A stretch of 64,000 nt of DNA from Candidatus Freyarchaeum deiterrae (GTDB lineage Archaea > Asgardarchaeota > Jordiarchaeia > Jordiarchaeales > Jordiarchaeaceae). Made by a program: the position numbers and the translations under genes. The notes under the pieces were generated by a model that did no database searches, was not told where the DNA came from, and saw only the letters and a list, made by a program, of their open reading frames with translations. Below, piece after piece: positions 61,316 to 64,000 of the stretch (within the stretch, counting starts at the first letter, position 1; every line of letters begins with the position of its first letter). The stretch lies in NCBI GenBank assembly GCA_037305845.1, contig CP147778.1, positions 2,208,001 to 2,272,000 on the forward strand, written 5' to 3'.

Positions 61316-61558
61316 CTACTTCTCTTTTTCTTTGGGTTTCTTGGAACTGTCTAATTCTTTTTTCAGGTCTTCCAGTTCGGACGCTAACGATGATTTCTCT
61401 GCTATTGTATCGGTTTGTGGTACCTTGGGTTCTTCTACTCCTTCTAGAGCAATTTCTGCCTCAAGGCGGTTGAGTTCACGGTCAATATCTCCGGTTTCCT
61501 CTACACCCATTTCTGTGGGTGTTGCCAAAATCTCTGAGCTTCTCTCTATTTCATGCAA
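61316..61558 (-). pseudogene. Orphan 3' fragment (about 80 codons) of the snf7-family gene
   Basis: About 90% identical to 63448-63690 and truncated at its 5' side. Confidence 0.85.
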
Positions 61559-61981
61559 TTACATAATGTTTTAACACTATTCTATAAAAACCTCCCACCA
61601 ATAAGTTGAGACTTTCACCCATTGTTCTATCTGGAGAATCTCTCTCGAGATATGTAATTTTTGACCGATTTTTTACACATTTTTTGCATACGATAATTTC
61701 ACAGTAAATCCCCCCTCTTTTTATACCAGGAAGCAAGAATCCCATAAAACTCTGAAATTGTATTTTCTTTCCAATTTTTCTTTAAACGTTAGATTACTAA
61801 TTTCATATTCGATTAAAATTATTACGGAAATGGAAACAATTAATAAAATTACAAGAGCCCCGGGCCATGGTTCTGGATTAGCAGGATCAAGGGCTTCATA
61901 GTTACTATTAATTTGATAATTGAGGAATATCGAAAGTATTTGATTTATTACTTCAAATCTAGCACACAAACATGAGACCAA
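61551..61981 (-). pseudogene. Fragmented AT-rich ORF(s), possibly a decayed membrane protein
   Basis: Two overlapping short ORFs in different frames, one with a TM segment. Confidence 0.35.
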
Positions 61982-61997
61982 GAGCTGACCACACGCG

Positions 61998-62414
61998 CTA
62001 GCCGTGGGTCGAGGACTCGTTCAGGCTAACAGCAGCTCGAATGAGGGTCGCGAAAGCCTTCTCATCGATTTCATCGTCCTCGTGGAAGTCGATTGCGCGC
62101 CGGGTGTTGCCTTTGAGGCTTGAGTTGAACAGTCCCGAAGGGTCCTTCAGCGAGGCCCCCTTGAAGAATGTAAGTTTCACGACGCTCTTGTACGTCTCGC
62201 CGGTGCAGATCGGACCTTGGTGAGACCACACCGGAACCCCTGGATGAGAAGGCTTTCTCCACTTCCACTCCTCCACCACCTCAGGGTCGGCTTGCTTGAT
62301 CAGAGCGCGAATCTGCGACAGCTTCTTTCCGCGCCAATCATCGAGCTCCCTTATCCTCGCGTCTATCAGCTGAGATGGAGACTCAACATCCGGCGAGCTA
62401 CCCTTCTTCTTCAT
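61998..62414 (-). CDS. DUF1801 (YdhG-like) protein, bacterial-like and GC-rich
   Basis: DWRG..L..IR.LI..ADP, KW....GVPVWSH.G.ICTGETYK..VKLTF.KGA.L.DP and RRAID motifs. Confidence 0.9.
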   Translation of the reverse strand: MKKKGSSPDVESPSQLIDARIRELDDWRGKKLSQIRALIKQADPEVVEEWKWRKPSHPGVPVWSHQGPICTGETYKSVVKLTFFKGASLKDPSGLFNSSLKGNTRRAIDFHEDDEIDEKAFATLIRAAVSLNESSTHG

Positions 62415-62699
62415 TTTGCCATTCATTAGTATACCCAAAACCTACACGTAGTATACCCTTTTACGCCTTTCTAAAACCGATCGGTCGCATAACCTCCCTT
62501 GTCAGCCAGACCGCACCATTTACGCGTAACGTGCCTTTAGGCGCACGTTCAGTAGAAAACTACCTTAGAGACCCACCCCACGTTTAATGTGAAAATCCTC
62601 GTTAGTAGTAGTGTAGTTTTATTTTTAACTTTTATTTTATATGTTATGTTGTTTGATTTAGGTCATATATATAATAAGAGCCAAGTTCACGTAAAGTCT

Positions 62700-63105
62700 G
62701 CCCCCTCCCCCTTTCCTAATTGTTCCCCTGGCACCCAGACCGTAGAATCACTCAAACAAACACTAAGGAACAAAAATAATCAGGTTACAAGAGAAGCGAT
62801 AGAAACCCTCGGAAACACAAAAGACCCCCAAGCAGTAAACCCCCTCCTCAGAATCGTCCTAAACCCCAACGAAAAAATGGAGACCAAAATAAAAGCAGTA
62901 GAAGCCCTCGGAAACATAGGAGACCAAAGAGCACTAGAACCACTATACGAAGTCCTAAACGAAGAATACGGTGAAACCCCAGAAGGAAAATACAACCCGG
63001 TATACCAATCGACCAGCAAACCGAAAAATGGAACGAAGAATTCCCAATACACGAAGAAATGGTGGAAACCATAAGAGAAGCCATACAGCGAATCGAAGAA
63101 CCATA
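62700..63105 (+). pseudogene. HEAT/PBS-lyase repeat gene remnant with a frameshift near 63000
   Basis: A.E.LG...D..AV.PL twice; protein-like continuation IDQQTEKWNEEFPIHEEMVETIREAIQRIEEP* in another frame. Confidence 0.6.
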
Positions 63106-63447
63106 ATAACCAACAATAAGAAAAAAATTAGTTACCATATAACAAACAAATCATCGATGCAACACCTAAAAATCCTTAAAATCCCTTTTTACAGTCGAAT
63201 GAACATAGAAACTAAACACAACACTCTTTAAACCTATTTCTTGCAGATTTGAGAACCCTTTCCTTTAGTGGGGTTGCGAAGCTTTCTATCATCACATTTC
63301 GAATTTTTGAGAGAAAAAGCATATTAAGCAAGTGAAAAATGCAATAACACTGTCGAATACATAAGAAAAACACAATTAATCAAATAGCCTCGTAGAATCT
63401 GCGAAATATCGGTTCGGTTTAAAAGAAAAGATGCAAAAATGGTTGCT

Positions 63448-64000
63448 CTACTTTTCTTTCTCCTTGGGTTTCTTGGAAGTATCTAACTCTTTTTTCAGGT
63501 CTTCTAGTTCAGATGCTAGCGATGATTTCTCCGCTATTGTATCGGTTTGTGGTACCTTGGGTTCTTCAACCCCTTCCAGGGCGATCTCCGCCTCAAGGCG
63601 GTTGAGTTCACGGTCAACATCTCCGGTTTCCTCTACACCCATTTCCGTGGGCGTTGCCAAAATCTCTGAGCTTCTCTCAATCTCGTGCATGTCTTCTTCT
63701 TGCTTGATCATCATTTCGAGTATCTCTTCTGAGTTAGCTAGTTTTCGCGCATTATCAAGTTCTACTCCTGCTAGTTGAAATGCGCCTTTGAGCTCTGAGA
63801 CATCATGAGCTTCCTCAATGGCAATCAGCCTAGTCTCAAGATTCTCTATGAACGCCGTGTACTTGCCCAGGAAGTTCTCGTATCTTCTATATTTTCTAAG
63901 AGAAAAGGTAGCCATATTCCTGTTACCCATTTTTAGGTACTGTTTCGCTTTAGTCCTCTCTTCAATCGCTTTTCTCTCATAGTTACGTGAACGCAAAGTT
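63448..64000 (-). CDS. ESCRT-III Snf7 family (Vps20/32/60-like) protein; 5' end lies beyond the window
   Basis: AK..L..GN...A...LRK.RR.E, LE.....IE.A, I...L..P and D.EL..LE motifs with an acidic tail. Confidence 0.85.
   Translation of the reverse strand, partial: TLRSRNYERKAIEERTKAKQYLKMGNRNMATFSLRKYRRYENFLGKYTAFIENLETRLIAIEEAHDVSELKGAFQLAGVELDNARKLANSEEILEMMIKQEEDMHEIERSSEILATPTEMGVEETGDVDRELNRLEAEIALEGVEEPKVPQTDTIAEKSSLASELEDLKKELDTSKKPKEKEK

Noticed and set aside
63252-63276. GAACCCTTTCCTTTAGTGGGG resembling an IS605 end
   Set aside because: Too short and degenerate, with no partner end.

Overview
Archaeal chromosomal DNA, very probably from an Asgard archaeon. This is inferred from a eukaryote-type Snf7/ESCRT-III gene, a longin-like protein, an EMC6/Rab5ip-like membrane protein, a MIT-like protein and a divergent proteasome alpha subunit, set among core archaeal genes (RPA, FEN1, NucS, Alba, SepRS, CofG/H, TYW1, Dph5, Cdc48, EF-1beta). 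Most of the window is housekeeping. The most striking signal is a 32-nt insertion (36134-36165) inside the conserved ISAP-HM motif of the protein-repair gene pcm. It folds into a complete bulge-helix-bulge (BHB) motif, and its predicted excision restores both the reading frame and the His codon, making it a candidate tRNA-type intron in an mRNA. About 2 kb upstream is a tRNA-Lys(CTT) with two BHB introns. Other observations: several genes that appear to start at near-cognate codons (ATT/CTG); abrupt strand-composition switches inside genes; a zinc-ribbon::Cdc48 N-domain duplicate; an IS605-type miniature element; a TnpB with an altered RuvC-III motif; and a roughly 2 kb insertion flanked by a synonymously diverged duplicate of the snf7 3' end, which carries a possible integron-cassette remnant. 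All calls come from reading the sequence and recognising motifs; no database searches were run.
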